64,000 nt of DNA from a virus (Duplodnaviria > Heunggongvirae > Uroviricota > Caudoviricetes): IMG/VR virus record IMGVR_UViG_3300042554_002914. One strand, given 5' to 3'. Of this stretch, positions 47,429 through 57,658 are shown piece after piece (position 1 is the first letter of the stretch; each line of letters begins with the position of its first letter). Under the pieces are notes generated by a model that worked only from the letters and a program-made list of their open reading frames with translations, searched no databases and was not told the DNA's origin. The translations under genes and the position numbers were made by a program.

Positions 47429-47806
47429 TCAGTTTCCAAGGGAGAATTGAACAGGGGGCTGAGGTATGTTATTGACGGCGTAAGTAATGGCCACTAAATA
47501 AACACCGTCGTCCCCCCTGGTTACCCAATCCCCATTAACAGAGAGGGAAGTTAAACCTGAAACCTGTGATGTTATCGAAGTTTGAAATTCTGAATTAATT
47601 TGCCCAGGGTCCATTACATCGAGAGTATGGTCACCAACCCCGTAATCAGCTCTCATCACCCTTTCGAAAAATCTCGTCTCCACTACACTTCTGATCTCTT
47701 GAGATTTCAATTCAAAATCAGTACTTGTAGCTAAATTGCCATTTTCAATTCTTAAAGGGTAAGCTATGCCCCTTACAGTGGGGTATGTCGGTTGCGGCAC
47801 ACTCAT
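47429..47806 (-). CDS. Baseplate wedge protein gp25/GPW-like
   Basis: GIAYPL...IRSVVETRFFERVMRADYG. Confidence 0.8.
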   Translation of the reverse strand: MSVPQPTYPTVRGIAYPLRIENGNLATSTDFELKSQEIRSVVETRFFERVMRADYGVGDHTLDVMDPGQINSEFQTSITSQVSGLTSLSVNGDWVTRGDDGVYLVAITYAVNNIPQPPVQFSLGN

Positions 47807-48087
47807 CTATAACACCTTAGAATTTGAAGCTCTAATTGTCTTACCCTCCTTTTTACCTCCTCTGTAGATAAGTCACTTCCCATGACTTTCTTCATTTCTA
47901 ACCTAATTTGACCATTCGGTAAAGACCCGTACAGTGATGGATCTGTCAGTTGTTCTGAAACTCTTTGATTGTCGCTATCTAGCATATAGAGGCAGAATGC
48001 TTCTAATGAAACACCCTGCCCCTTAGCTTCTTGTTCTAGCTTAGAAAAAAGAGAGTCAGGAATCTGTAGCTTTAATTCCTTGTTCAT
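47803..48087 (-). CDS. Ribbon-helix-helix DNA-binding protein
   Basis: LKLQIPDSLFSKLEQEAKGQGVSLEAF. Confidence 0.65.
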   Translation of the reverse strand: MNKELKLQIPDSLFSKLEQEAKGQGVSLEAFCLYMLDSDNQRVSEQLTDPSLYGSLPNGQIRLEMKKVMGSDLSTEEVKRRVRQLELQILRCYR

Positions 48088-48102
48088 TAACCCTCTTGTA
48101 GA

Positions 48103-51100
48103 TTAACCTAAGCCCCTTGATTGAAGTTCATTGCTCATTTGACCAATGGAAACTCTAATCAATCCAACATCGATTCTTTCCATTGTTGGGACAGGGACAT
48201 CATAGACTTGGACATTGACGATTCCGTTTTCCAAATCTTCGACCCTGTTGATCCTTTCGTCGCAGATGACTTGGAAAGCATCAGAAGGCTTAGCACCATA
48301 AAGAGCACCTTCGTTGTAAAGTTGACCCATGACGCTGTTGCCTATAGTGACAATCTGGTTGAAGATAACTCCAAAGCCATCAATTACCGAGAAGATCTGA
48401 TTATCAAATACCCTACGGAGCGAACCATAAACAACGTTTTGGATGACGCGGGTGTTGACAAATTGGAACTTACGTTGTTCGGGGATAGCAGGGTTGATCC
48501 TAGTTCTTCCGCCCCAGATAAAGATCGCAGAAGAAGCATAGCCAGGTAGGGTCCTAGCAACGTTGCAGCCTCTGGGATTCAACAAGTTCTGTTGAGCAGA
48601 GTTGACAGAAAGTTGAACGCTAACGGCATCGACAAGTTGATATTTAGTGCCAGCTGGAGGGAATTGGAACCCTTCTGAACGATAACGTCTTAGCGCAACA
48701 CCAGCCACATACGGGGAGAGAGGAATGTACTGACCCGCTGAATTAAGGATGTGTGGGCCATAGTAGGCAATAAATCCAAAAGCGTTAAAGTAGCGTTGGC
48801 TATCCTCTAGCAAGCGTGCTACATTATCGACACCAGCCTCTACGAATACGGCCTCTGGAACTCCCGAGTTCCCTACCCCACGTAAAGCATCATCGATAAT
48901 CTCAGTGGATGTAATGGCATCAAAGTTCCACAAATTGGTTAATGGTGTTTGCTCTTCGGTTAATACAAGTTCGACTTGTGAGCCATAGCAAACATGACCA
49001 ACGGAGGTTAAATCACCGCCAAGGGAATCGGCAGGGATAACCGCCCACTCATAATTAGAGCCGTTGAAGACCACAGCAATACGATCACCAACAACTACTG
49101 GGGTTGTCCCATCAGGAGCCAAACCAGCGGCAGTAATCACGTCGAAGTAAACACCTGAGAGGTTAGTAATTCTACCTTGGATGTCCCCTTTACCAGACCC
49201 ATTCAGCAGACCAACGGCGAGAGTGTAGGGTTTGGCACCTAATAGGATACCTGGGCCTGCGGTTATGGTGCCAACAGTAACTGTGAACAAGGTTCCGGAA
49301 CCGATTACAGCAGTAGAGGCAGAAAGCAAACTTCCGGCTGTGTGCCCAAAACCAGTGGCCTTCAGAGTCACAACGGTAACAATCCCACCAGCGACAGTGA
49401 TATCAGCCGTAGCCCCACTACCACTGCCACCTGTGAGGGGGACATTTGTGTAGATGCCATTGGTGTACCCTGTACCCCCGGTAATGGCGCCAAGAGTAGC
49501 GATAGGCCCCCTGGTAGCTGTTCCGGTTGGATTGTAGGAGCCACCATTAATAGCATCGATAGCTGGAACTAAGTATGCCTGCGATGTGAAATTTTGAGTT
49601 GTAGTCGGGGCGCAAATATAGTTTTGAGTTGTAGTCTGAATATCACCCGGGTCAACCAAGTCCAAAGAAGGTAGCCAACCGGCAGAGGTGGTTTCACCGT
49701 ACGGGAAAATTAACTCTTTGCCAAGAACCTTAGAACTTCTGTTCAGGTAGATGGATACGGTGGGGTTGTCTATATTTGGTACCGGTGCTACAGATGCTCT
49801 AGCGGCCTGGCTTGCGACAATACCGCTGTTTAGACCATATTTCCTGGCTCTAATGAGTGGAATAGTGGTTAATTCAGCCAGGTTAACCGACGTCAGATTG
49901 CCACCCAATACACCCGAGTATAAAATAGTCGGTGCTGTGGAAATCGATGCAGATGGATAAATAACATAAGAACCAGACAGGTACCCCGTATAGCTGGTAG
50001 CTAGTAGGATAGTGTCATTATCCAGAACTTTGACGTAGTAGGGATTAATGGAGTTAGAGGTCGTTGCCTTTAGTAAGGTTGCAGCCCCCGCCAAAACAGT
50101 CTGAGTAAAGAAGACCTTTTGGCCATTGACTAATCCGTGTCCTTTCAGTTCAAAAGCCGCATATCCCACAGAACCACCAGGGAATGTGTAGGAACTAATA
50201 CTGGCAGAAGGGTTTAAAAGGGTTCTTGAAATAAAATTCAGCCTGTAATCCCTAGTGGAAGCCTGTAAGGTCGCAGGTAGGTGCAGGGTGTTGACGTATG
50301 TAGTCTCACCTGTGGTGTTCTGAAGGAGGTTAGAGGGTTGTCCGCTGATTTCAACGGGCCAATTCCAACTAGAAACCCCATAGGTAACAATAGCTGTAGA
50401 TCCAGTGGGAGTGCCAACCACATAAGCACCGTTCGCTGCAGCAACACCGGACCCAATAAGAGCAGTTCCACCAGCAGCTAGGACTGCAGTCAGTACAGAA
50501 GTAGCCTCTGAAGCTGTGGCAGTAATGTAGACGTATTGTGTGTTACCATCTGATGGGTAGGTGCCATACAGATTTGTATTATATGGTGGTGCTACGATGT
50601 AAACAGTCGCCGAAGTTTCACCTACACCGAACAACCCAGCAAAATCTGCACCGGCATTACTGATGGTAACTTCTTGAATGTCATATTTGACGGGCCAAAC
50701 TGCGCCATCAATGTAGAATACGCCATCATCAGATTGACCGACTACAGATTCTACTGTAAAGACGGCAGGGTCTAGAAGACCAACCTTTTCACCAGCGGTT
50801 ACTGATTCTGTAGATTGTTCTACGGCTACTTGAGGGTCATAGCCCGAAATCAAAGATTGATATGGCAAACGTCTGTAAGTAACGTCATTGCCGGTCCATT
50901 CATAGATGGTATTATCAACCAAATACTTCAAACCCATTACCAAATCTTCGGCCGGCTGGTGTGGGATATAGTTTTTATACTTATTGATATCTGTAACTAA
51001 GAACGAGCCACTATCTGCCAAAGCCAGCCACTTAAAGTTACCATCTTCGCAATGGGCCGCAGCAGCAGCTCCCACGGCAGTTCTACCTGCAGCATCAAAC

Positions 51101-52005
51101 TGCGCATATGCAGTGGGCGATAGCAGATACCCCTGGTCTTGTTGTCCGTCAAATGCAGTTCTGATGCACTGAACATAGTCTTGAGGGACCCTTTCCAGGC
51201 TAGTCTGGGCACAATCAATAGTTCCGACCACATAGCAATCGGTCATTAAGATTTTAGCAGCGCCTACAATGAATTGTTCAGGTACTACTTGGATAGTCCC
51301 GTCAAAAGTTGTAGCTGCCAGGACTGCAAATCCGCTTTCTGAATTTGTCTCAGGGCAAAGGGTATTTACTAGGCCCGACTCCCTAACATAGACGGAGCTG
51401 CTAATGCTAGGATTAGACTCAATTGCAGCAGCAAATGCGTTGACGATCGCAGATGAAATCTTACGGTTATTTACTTCGTCCCCAACGATATAACCAACGG
51501 GGATAGTAACAGGGACACCGAGCCACTCGCCATCGGCAGTATAACCAGTGGAGCCATCTCCAGCCACTAACTTTTGGCCATTAAGGATCATTTGGATATA
51601 CACCTGGTCACCAGCTTCGAGCTGGGAGGGTAATCCAGTGGAATTGATTTTGGTGCCAGAAGGTAGAAACTCAATTTCAGCAATCTGGGTTGGTGTTCCT
51701 ACTCTGACAACACGAACGTCCCCAACTTGTTGGGCATTTAGGAAAAGTTCATTTACACAATTATAGCTAAGAAGGGGGATTTTTTCGGTGGGTACTCCGC
51801 CTACTAGGGCCCTATAGTCATTTAAAGAAGTGATGACGACCGGGGTGTTAAACGGAAAGCGACTTACTGGGACAGAGTCCTCAGCCTCCACCAACATATA
51901 GGCAGTGTTAAATGTTGCGATTGGCGCGGCTGTAATATTGCCAGCGACTTCGTTTATGAATGTACCAGGGGCCCCAGGGGTGGTGCCAAAAGAGAAAGTT
52001 GCCAT
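48103..52005 (-). CDS. Tail sheath protein with large insertions (1300 aa)
   Basis: N-terminal APGTFINEV and VRVVRV; C-terminal YYGPHI, PPAG, IWGGRT, FVNTR, AFQVICDERIN, VPTMERI. Confidence 0.9.
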   Translation of the reverse strand: MATFSFGTTPGAPGTFINEVAGNITAAPIATFNTAYMLVEAEDSVPVSRFPFNTPVVITSLNDYRALVGGVPTEKIPLLSYNCVNELFLNAQQVGDVRVVRVGTPTQIAEIEFLPSGTKINSTGLPSQLEAGDQVYIQMILNGQKLVAGDGSTGYTADGEWLGVPVTIPVGYIVGDEVNNRKISSAIVNAFAAAIESNPSISSSVYVRESGLVNTLCPETNSESGFAVLAATTFDGTIQVVPEQFIVGAAKILMTDCYVVGTIDCAQTSLERVPQDYVQCIRTAFDGQQDQGYLLSPTAYAQFDAAGRTAVGAAAAAHCEDGNFKWLALADSGSFLVTDINKYKNYIPHQPAEDLVMGLKYLVDNTIYEWTGNDVTYRRLPYQSLISGYDPQVAVEQSTESVTAGEKVGLLDPAVFTVESVVGQSDDGVFYIDGAVWPVKYDIQEVTISNAGADFAGLFGVGETSATVYIVAPPYNTNLYGTYPSDGNTQYVYITATASEATSVLTAVLAAGGTALIGSGVAAANGAYVVGTPTGSTAIVTYGVSSWNWPVEISGQPSNLLQNTTGETTYVNTLHLPATLQASTRDYRLNFISRTLLNPSASISSYTFPGGSVGYAAFELKGHGLVNGQKVFFTQTVLAGAATLLKATTSNSINPYYVKVLDNDTILLATSYTGYLSGSYVIYPSASISTAPTILYSGVLGGNLTSVNLAELTTIPLIRARKYGLNSGIVASQAARASVAPVPNIDNPTVSIYLNRSSKVLGKELIFPYGETTSAGWLPSLDLVDPGDIQTTTQNYICAPTTTQNFTSQAYLVPAIDAINGGSYNPTGTATRGPIATLGAITGGTGYTNGIYTNVPLTGGSGSGATADITVAGGIVTVVTLKATGFGHTAGSLLSASTAVIGSGTLFTVTVGTITAGPGILLGAKPYTLAVGLLNGSGKGDIQGRITNLSGVYFDVITAAGLAPDGTTPVVVGDRIAVVFNGSNYEWAVIPADSLGGDLTSVGHVCYGSQVELVLTEEQTPLTNLWNFDAITSTEIIDDALRGVGNSGVPEAVFVEAGVDNVARLLEDSQRYFNAFGFIAYYGPHILNSAGQYIPLSPYVAGVALRRYRSEGFQFPPAGTKYQLVDAVSVQLSVNSAQQNLLNPRGCNVARTLPGYASSAIFIWGGRTRINPAIPEQRKFQFVNTRVIQNVVYGSLRRVFDNQIFSVIDGFGVIFNQIVTIGNSVMGQLYNEGALYGAKPSDAFQVICDERINRVEDLENGIVNVQVYDVPVPTMERIDVGLIRVSIGQMSNELQSRGLG

Positions 52006-52179
52006 TTTATATTTAGTATTCCCCCTTTACCTAATCCTCGTACCGGCGGGGATAACTCCGGTGGTGGTGCCCGTAGGCCAAGGATTGTTTATGGACAATT
52101 AATATTTACCCACCATTGAATCGGCATTCTTTCCGGCCTGAATAGTGATGCCCCTAGCCAAAGATTGGAGGTTTTTATC

Positions 52180-52545
52180 CTATTGGTTACCAGTATCGGA
52201 ATGGATACTAGCGGCTGACCAACCGTTGTTTCTTTCTACATCACTTAAAGACAATCTGGTGTATCTCGATAAGGACTCAGCGTAAGACTCTTGAGAAGAG
52301 AAAGGGAAGAAGTCTCCAACAGAGTTTGTAACGGGGGACAGTACGGGGGATTGTTGGGTTAACCCCACAGACGTAACTGACCCAGTAACACTACCCGGGT
52401 TAAGAATTGTCCCTAAAGGGGGATTTTTTACTACAGACCATGTAGGATTATTATCTAGAACTTCCCTATATGAGAGGGAGTTTGAGTATAGAGCAAAACC
52501 CAGTCTTCTCCAGGTTGAACCAGATTGAAAAACTAGGTTTGCCAT
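52180..52545 (-). CDS. Putative tail X/LysM-like baseplate protein
   Basis: GSTWRRLGFALY...YREVLDNNP...PLGTIL resembles a degenerate LysM/tail X motif. Confidence 0.45.
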   Translation of the reverse strand: MANLVFQSGSTWRRLGFALYSNSLSYREVLDNNPTWSVVKNPPLGTILNPGSVTGSVTSVGLTQQSPVLSPVTNSVGDFFPFSSQESYAESLSRYTRLSLSDVERNNGWSAASIHSDTGNQ

Positions 52546-52548
52546 CTA

Positions 52549-52998
52549 TCAGGTTCCTCTTTTTGCTTTTGCCATCAGGCGAGCACCAACTTCAGTACCA
52601 CGAGTTAGGGGGAAGCCATTATCCCTAGAAACTTCCTTAACTTCGTTATTAAGTTGACTCGAAGGTACAAATGGGTCTACTTCCGGGGAGTTTAACCTGT
52701 TGGAAAGTTTCTCTTGGATGGACGCCTCGATAGACTCCTTAGTGGGTTTATCCTTAATGGCAGTGCTCTCGGCTGTTTTAAGGTCGATTACAGCGGGTTC
52801 GTGTGATTCGTGTGATTCGGGCTCTAAACCAGGGGGTTCTGTGGGGCCTGGCACCATGGCTACGGGATGCTCAGGGGTTTCTGGATTGGGTGCAATTTCA
52901 GCAGCTGGATTTTCGTCCCAGGCTTCATTTACGTTAGGGGTAGTTGGGTCATCACCAACAAATTTACCGAGGGGGTCTTTAGCGCGTTGTCTTGTCAT
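52549..52998 (-). CDS. Hypothetical Pro/Glu-rich protein
   Basis: RAKDPLGKFVGDDPTTPNVNEAW; co-oriented ORF. Confidence 0.55.
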   Translation of the reverse strand: MTRQRAKDPLGKFVGDDPTTPNVNEAWDENPAAEIAPNPETPEHPVAMVPGPTEPPGLEPESHESHEPAVIDLKTAESTAIKDKPTKESIEASIQEKLSNRLNSPEVDPFVPSSQLNNEVKEVSRDNGFPLTRGTEVGARLMAKAKRGT

Positions 52999-53000
52999 GG

Positions 53001-53411
53001 TTATTTAAGAATGTGTTTCCAGGCAATGTCAGATAATTTATCAAGGGAGCTATCTGGTACTCCCATCCATGGGCGAGCGGGCATTTTTTTAGTTCCAAAT
53101 TGGTTGAACACCCCCCATGGAGTCGTATCGACTAAGAATCTATTACCCCAAGGTCTAACCACGGCTGTGTTAAACATCTCACCGGTCTCCCTTAGGATAA
53201 ATCTAGACCCATACCCCTCGGCATCTTTTTCTTTTATGGTCTCCGGATCTAGTTTAACCCAGGGTTTACCTTCGTAGTCAGTTTCAGCATACCAATGGGG
53301 CTTATTTTCCTCCAGAAGAGCAGGAGCCCATTCCACTTTGGCAGGACCCCACCACCCTAATTTAAAGGGTTGCATAGAGCCCGGTTCCTTTAGGGTGACT
53401 TTAATTTTCAT
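53001..53411 (-). CDS. Virion morphogenesis protein (Mu gpG / tail completion S-like)
   Basis: GKPWVKL.P.T...ILRETG...QFGTKKMPARPWMG. Confidence 0.8.
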   Translation of the reverse strand: MKIKVTLKEPGSMQPFKLGWWGPAKVEWAPALLEENKPHWYAETDYEGKPWVKLDPETIKEKDAEGYGSRFILRETGEMFNTAVVRPWGNRFLVDTTPWGVFNQFGTKKMPARPWMGVPDSSLDKLSDIAWKHILK

Positions 53412-53824
53412 TTCTTTTTCATTAGGCTCTCTTGTTCTTCGGCGTATTTTTTATTGACTTCAATCATGGCTCTAATTTTGCTCATAGGTTGAGTTTCCAA
53501 CCAATCGATAGATGAATCCCACCGTTGTTTGCATAAGTGAAACGCGACTTCAAGCCAATTTTCCACCGACAGGATATTTTCTTGGAAGATAGTTGTCACT
53601 GCCCAGTCAATTAATACTTTGAAAATTTTAGACGGGGTTTCATCGATGGCGTCGGTATTTAAGATCACCCTTAGAAGAAGCGGTAGGAAGCTCTTCTCAC
53701 CATTCCTGAGGATTTGTGCCTTATAGAAGTCTTTGGGGGTTATCTCCCTAAGGTGAAATGGCCCCCACCCGTCTATAGTTACAAGATATGAAAAGTCGTC
53801 TTGATCCTCAATTATGATTTTGGG
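53408..53824 (-). CDS. -1 frameshift extension of the tail assembly chaperone (fusion of about 240 aa)
   Basis: Slippery C CCA AAA at 53824-53818; the -1 frame is open from there to 53408, with no start codon before GTG 53668. Confidence 0.7.
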   Translation of the reverse strand, partial: PKIIIEDQDDFSYLVTIDGWGPFHLREITPKDFYKAQILRNGEKSFLPLLLRVILNTDAIDETPSKIFKVLIDWAVTTIFQENILSVENWLEVAFHLCKQRWDSSIDWLETQPMSKIRAMIEVNKKYAEEQESLMKKK

Positions 53825-54129
53825 TCAACTACAACTTCCCCCATTGCCTTGCCGACTAACTCACTGATTTTTTTAATGTCCGAGAGACGAAGATCAGCAA
53901 TTTCGTCAAAGGAAATTTTATCCTCACCGATTGTTAATCGTTCGGCCAATAGAAAGCTTTGCTTGGCTTGTTTGAATTCACCAAGTTCTTCTTCTAGGTA
54001 AATTAAATCCCTGCCGGTCATTTCCCTAATTGTGAGGGTTCGGCCGTCAGACAAAGTTTCACTATAAGTCTCAAGCCCAGTGACTGGTGTAGTCTTTACT
54101 GTGGTGGTTTCGTTGGATACGGTTCGCAT
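53812..54129 (-). CDS. Tail assembly chaperone (short form)
   Basis: TLTIREMTGRDL...FDEIADLRLSDIKKI resembles Mu gp41-type chaperones. Confidence 0.7.
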   Translation of the reverse strand: MRTVSNETTTVKTTPVTGLETYSETLSDGRTLTIREMTGRDLIYLEEELGEFKQAKQSFLLAERLTIGEDKISFDEIADLRLSDIKKISELVGKAMGEVVVDPKS

Positions 54130-54362
54130 TTGGTTTTTATTGAGGGATACTCAGTGAGTTTTACCCTACTTGCCACCAGATGCCTTTCCAATTCTGCATC
54201 ACCTTTCCCAGCAGGAAGTTTGAGATATAGATGGTTAGCTGTCTGCCAGCTTTTTTCAGCCCCATCTAAATCCCCCATATCGACCCTATCGCTAACATCA
54301 TCAATCCAACTACGGATAACTTCTTTGCGAAACTGTGGGTCTAAGGGTAGCGGAAATGGCAT
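54096..54362 (-). CDS. Hypothetical protein
   Basis: Co-oriented ORF. Confidence 0.5.
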   Translation of the reverse strand: MPFPLPLDPQFRKEVIRSWIDDVSDRVDMGDLDGAEKSWQTANHLYLKLPAGKGDAELERHLVASRVKLTEYPSIKTKCEPYPTKPPQ

Positions 54363-54414
54363 GTTGCTGTTTGGGTTGGAACGTAGTAACTCCTATGGGC
54401 TTAGTGCCCAATAG

Positions 54415-54612
54415 TCAAAGGGCTTTAAGCATTTGGACAACTTGATCTTCAGAGTAGTAAAGAGCATTATATGCGCAATCGACTGAAGAAGGGATGAATT
54501 TATCTTTTTTATCGAAGGGTTGCGGCATATAGAAAGTACCGAGGGACCCGGGATGCGCAATAACGATGGCAGAAACAGCGCGATTCTTTTTCAGTTTTGG
54601 TTGTGTTGTCAT
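54415..54612 (-). CDS. Hypothetical protein
   Basis: Co-oriented ORF downstream of the polymerase. Confidence 0.5.
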   Translation of the reverse strand: MTTQPKLKKNRAVSAIVIAHPGSLGTFYMPQPFDKKDKFIPSSVDCAYNALYYSEDQVVQMLKAL

Positions 54613-54653
54613 GGTGTTTTTGTGATTAGTTTTAGTTAAAGGTAAGTTAAAAG

Positions 54654-57599
54654 CTAAATGAGTCCTTTCTGGATTGAGTCATACCGGAAAGTTAGCTTAC
54701 TGACAGCACCCAATTCAAATAGTTGAGTCATTGAGTATTCAACCCCAGGTGGTTCATCACCCCCAGACTGATTGGATGGAGTTACCGTATTCTCTTTTGG
54801 GGACTTCCGGAGCCTATCATCAATGGCAACCGAGGAGAAAAACGCACGGCTCAATGGTAATTCGGGTATTTCCATCGCGTAGTGGAATAAACACCAAGTG
54901 AAAAGGTGGGCAATCTGGAATAACACGGCAAACTGCTCTGCGTATTTTTCCGGTGTCATAAAATGCAGTTCATCATGGATGCTAATTATGAATCGGTAGG
55001 GGATCTTAAACTCTTCGGCCAGCCATGCCACGGCAGTTAAGGTGATAGACAGGATTTCGGACCCTGAAGCTTGAATTGCCCAGTTGGTCCTCCCCGTCTT
55101 AAAATCATTGCCGACTGCAGATGGCATCATGGCCGTTGAGATTTTTGTCCCCAAACACGGCAACCGGGGGGTCCCTGGCCCCATGGAAATTCTTTCCATC
55201 ATATTGAAAGCACCTGAGTCTGATCCACCTTCGTATTTGCCGAACCTTAAGACCCCCTTCTTAGACGCAATAGCTTTAAGGGCAAAAGTTTTGACCGCAT
55301 CTTCGTCTTTATCGGGGAAGGTCATTCGGATTGGGTTACTAAGGGCTCTGACGCTCCCGCCATACAAGGTAGCAAATCCTACAATCTTGGCCAGGTCTCT
55401 AGCTATTTTAAGCATAGTGTCTTTTTCCTTATCAATTGGAGACACCCAGTAGCCATCACGGGAGCGGCAATCATCGCTGTCTTCAGGTTTTTGCTCATAT
55501 TTATAGCAAATCCCCAGGGTCTTATCCCAAATTAGACCATCATACAATTCCGGGAAGATCGCTCGGGCCAATGCAGTGTGAGGATCAGTACCATTCTCTT
55601 TAGAACCAGAAAGCACGTTATACCCCATGGGCGAACACCCAATGAAACCGCCTTCCCATTTATCACTATAGATAGACGCAATCTGCATCTCTTGGCCGTC
55701 ATAGTCCGCACTAATGATTTTCCACCCCTCCGGGGCCTGTACACGGGTCTTAAGCTCGGTTCCGATGCGCCAGCTCTTGGTAGAGCACATGGTGGCCATA
55801 AGGCTCTCTACGACCCTACGGGTGACGGTTCCGTGGCAGACGATCTCTGGCAGGGTAACGAGGTTAGGTTTTCCCAGGGGGTTGGTGGCCCCCATGACAA
55901 TACGGCTTTTAACTCGGCTGCGAACTGATGTCCAAAAACTAATGGCATTAGCAATTTCCAGTGCCCTTTTTGCCTCGGGTAAGTCACTACTTAGTCTTCC
56001 AACTTCCATGTGAGTAACGAACTCTTTAGAGAATAGGCCGCCTACGTTTTCGCCGGGTTTCTTAGGGTGTGGGATTCTATCCAGGGTGCCGTCTCCCGTA
56101 GTAAAACACCAACCTTGTCCATCTTCCCATATGATGGGGGTGCCTTCCCATTTTAGTTTCAATAGGAAATGCGATAGTTTGCTTTTAACACCAATCTCCT
56201 TATCAGGGTCCTTCTTATAGGGCCTCATCCAAGTGGGGACCCATGCGTAGACACCCTTGATAGACTTCACTTCCCAATCTAATTGGCGAATCCACGGGTC
56301 TTTTGACACCCATTTACTTGCCTCTTTGACCCCAATTTCCTTTGTTTCGTGGCTATCTACTATTTCCTTCCATGAATTGAAAGTATCCCATAGCAAAGTT
56401 TTACAAAGACCGGTCATTTCCTGGTTATGGCTGTTATAGACTTCTTCAGCCCCTTGCACCCATTCAAACCAGTTGTCCACTAGCGGCACCACAGACCCAT
56501 TCAGGTGGTAATGCCCGCAAAGCCCCACCATTGATGGTGTACTATCAAGGTATTTTGGCCATAGTGCCTGGAATAACTCTGAAGTATAATAAGCGTCCTT
56601 AATGGCGTAATCAACTGTCTCGGCTAGTACCTTATTGATTTCGGAAAGCGTATCAGCGGTGACAAAAATGTTCCTAATTTCCTTGTCGGAATCTGATAGT
56701 GGCTTTACATCGCCATCGTCAAAGAAAAATTCTTTTGCCCGTTGAACATGGAAGTTGTATGTTTTAACTAGGGAGTTTGTGCTCCCCCTGTCAAGCCATT
56801 CCGGAGAATACTTAAGTTTCCGCTTCTCATCATCATCAAGCAAATCAAAGTCCTTTTCAGCCAGCGCATAAAGCCACCTCTGACCTGATGCTAAGCCTGA
56901 TACGCCAACGTGCGCTGACAGGGTGTCAAAGTAGAAATTTTCCGGTTTGGTAAAATCTAGCGAATAACCCTCTTGGGCCCTCACACGGTCATAGGATATA
57001 TTGTGGCCAATGACAAGCCTGTCAGTCCCAATTGGAATAAGTTTAAATTGATCCCAATCATTTTGGGGAATATCAAGGTCAATCAGCTCGGCGGCTAACC
57101 AAATATAGGCGGCCCTATCACTTAGAGCAGTTCCAATAATGGGAAAGGCCCCACCTTTAACGAAAGTTTCCGTGTCGAATGTAAATACTTCTTCCTCGGG
57201 GTAGGGTACTTTTCTAGTTTGCCATTGCTTGTTGGGGCCATCCCCGATAAGCTCATACCGTGTCCACCCCGGTTGAAATACTAAATCGTTGATTGACGGG
57301 ATCTTTGGTAGGGCACATTTGGCAAATTTATTGCCTAGTTCCTTATAGCGTCCAACTTGATTTTCTGCAATCTTTTCAAAGTGGTCGCGGATATTGTTAG
57401 CCTTTAGGTTAGGCAGGGGGACTGGCCCATCATAGATGCTTTCGGGATAATCAACGGGGGCCTCAATCCCAAATTTCCTCAAAAGGGAAACGGCCTGGTC
57501 CTTTTGCTTGCTATTCATTTCGGGCCTATAGTCAGATCCAAAAATCTTTAGGTGCAAGTCATCGGACAAGACCGGGTAGCCAAGGGCAGTAGTTTTCAT
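54654..57599 (-). CDS. Family A DNA polymerase, mitochondrial Pol-gamma-like
   Basis: Exo FDTE, GHNISYDR, FDTLSAH; HGTVTRRVVE, RIGTELK..VQAP.G, motif A ADYDGQE, motif B RDLAKIVGFATLYG, RTNWAIQASG, motif C ISIHDE, AFFSSVAID..LRK. Confidence 0.92.
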   Translation of the reverse strand: MKTTALGYPVLSDDLHLKIFGSDYRPEMNSKQKDQAVSLLRKFGIEAPVDYPESIYDGPVPLPNLKANNIRDHFEKIAENQVGRYKELGNKFAKCALPKIPSINDLVFQPGWTRYELIGDGPNKQWQTRKVPYPEEEVFTFDTETFVKGGAFPIIGTALSDRAAYIWLAAELIDLDIPQNDWDQFKLIPIGTDRLVIGHNISYDRVRAQEGYSLDFTKPENFYFDTLSAHVGVSGLASGQRWLYALAEKDFDLLDDDEKRKLKYSPEWLDRGSTNSLVKTYNFHVQRAKEFFFDDGDVKPLSDSDKEIRNIFVTADTLSEINKVLAETVDYAIKDAYYTSELFQALWPKYLDSTPSMVGLCGHYHLNGSVVPLVDNWFEWVQGAEEVYNSHNQEMTGLCKTLLWDTFNSWKEIVDSHETKEIGVKEASKWVSKDPWIRQLDWEVKSIKGVYAWVPTWMRPYKKDPDKEIGVKSKLSHFLLKLKWEGTPIIWEDGQGWCFTTGDGTLDRIPHPKKPGENVGGLFSKEFVTHMEVGRLSSDLPEAKRALEIANAISFWTSVRSRVKSRIVMGATNPLGKPNLVTLPEIVCHGTVTRRVVESLMATMCSTKSWRIGTELKTRVQAPEGWKIISADYDGQEMQIASIYSDKWEGGFIGCSPMGYNVLSGSKENGTDPHTALARAIFPELYDGLIWDKTLGICYKYEQKPEDSDDCRSRDGYWVSPIDKEKDTMLKIARDLAKIVGFATLYGGSVRALSNPIRMTFPDKDEDAVKTFALKAIASKKGVLRFGKYEGGSDSGAFNMMERISMGPGTPRLPCLGTKISTAMMPSAVGNDFKTGRTNWAIQASGSEILSITLTAVAWLAEEFKIPYRFIISIHDELHFMTPEKYAEQFAVLFQIAHLFTWCLFHYAMEIPELPLSRAFFSSVAIDDRLRKSPKENTVTPSNQSGGDEPPGVEYSMTQLFELGAVSKLTFRYDSIQKGLI

Positions 57600-57613
57600 C
57601 GGCGTTAGGTTGA

Positions 57614-57651
57614 TTGACTGTGGGCTATTTGACTGTGGGCTATTTGACTAT
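57614..57651. repeat. 15-nt tandem repeat TTGACTGTGGGCTAT x2 plus partial copy
   Basis: Read directly, just upstream of the polymerase start. Confidence 0.85.
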
Positions 57652-57658
57652 TTAGCCA

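Noticed and set aside
52010-52170. GC-rich leader upstream of the sheath gene as a riboswitch or ncRNA
   Set aside because: Some pairing is possible, but I cannot match it to a known family or support a structure without covariation data.
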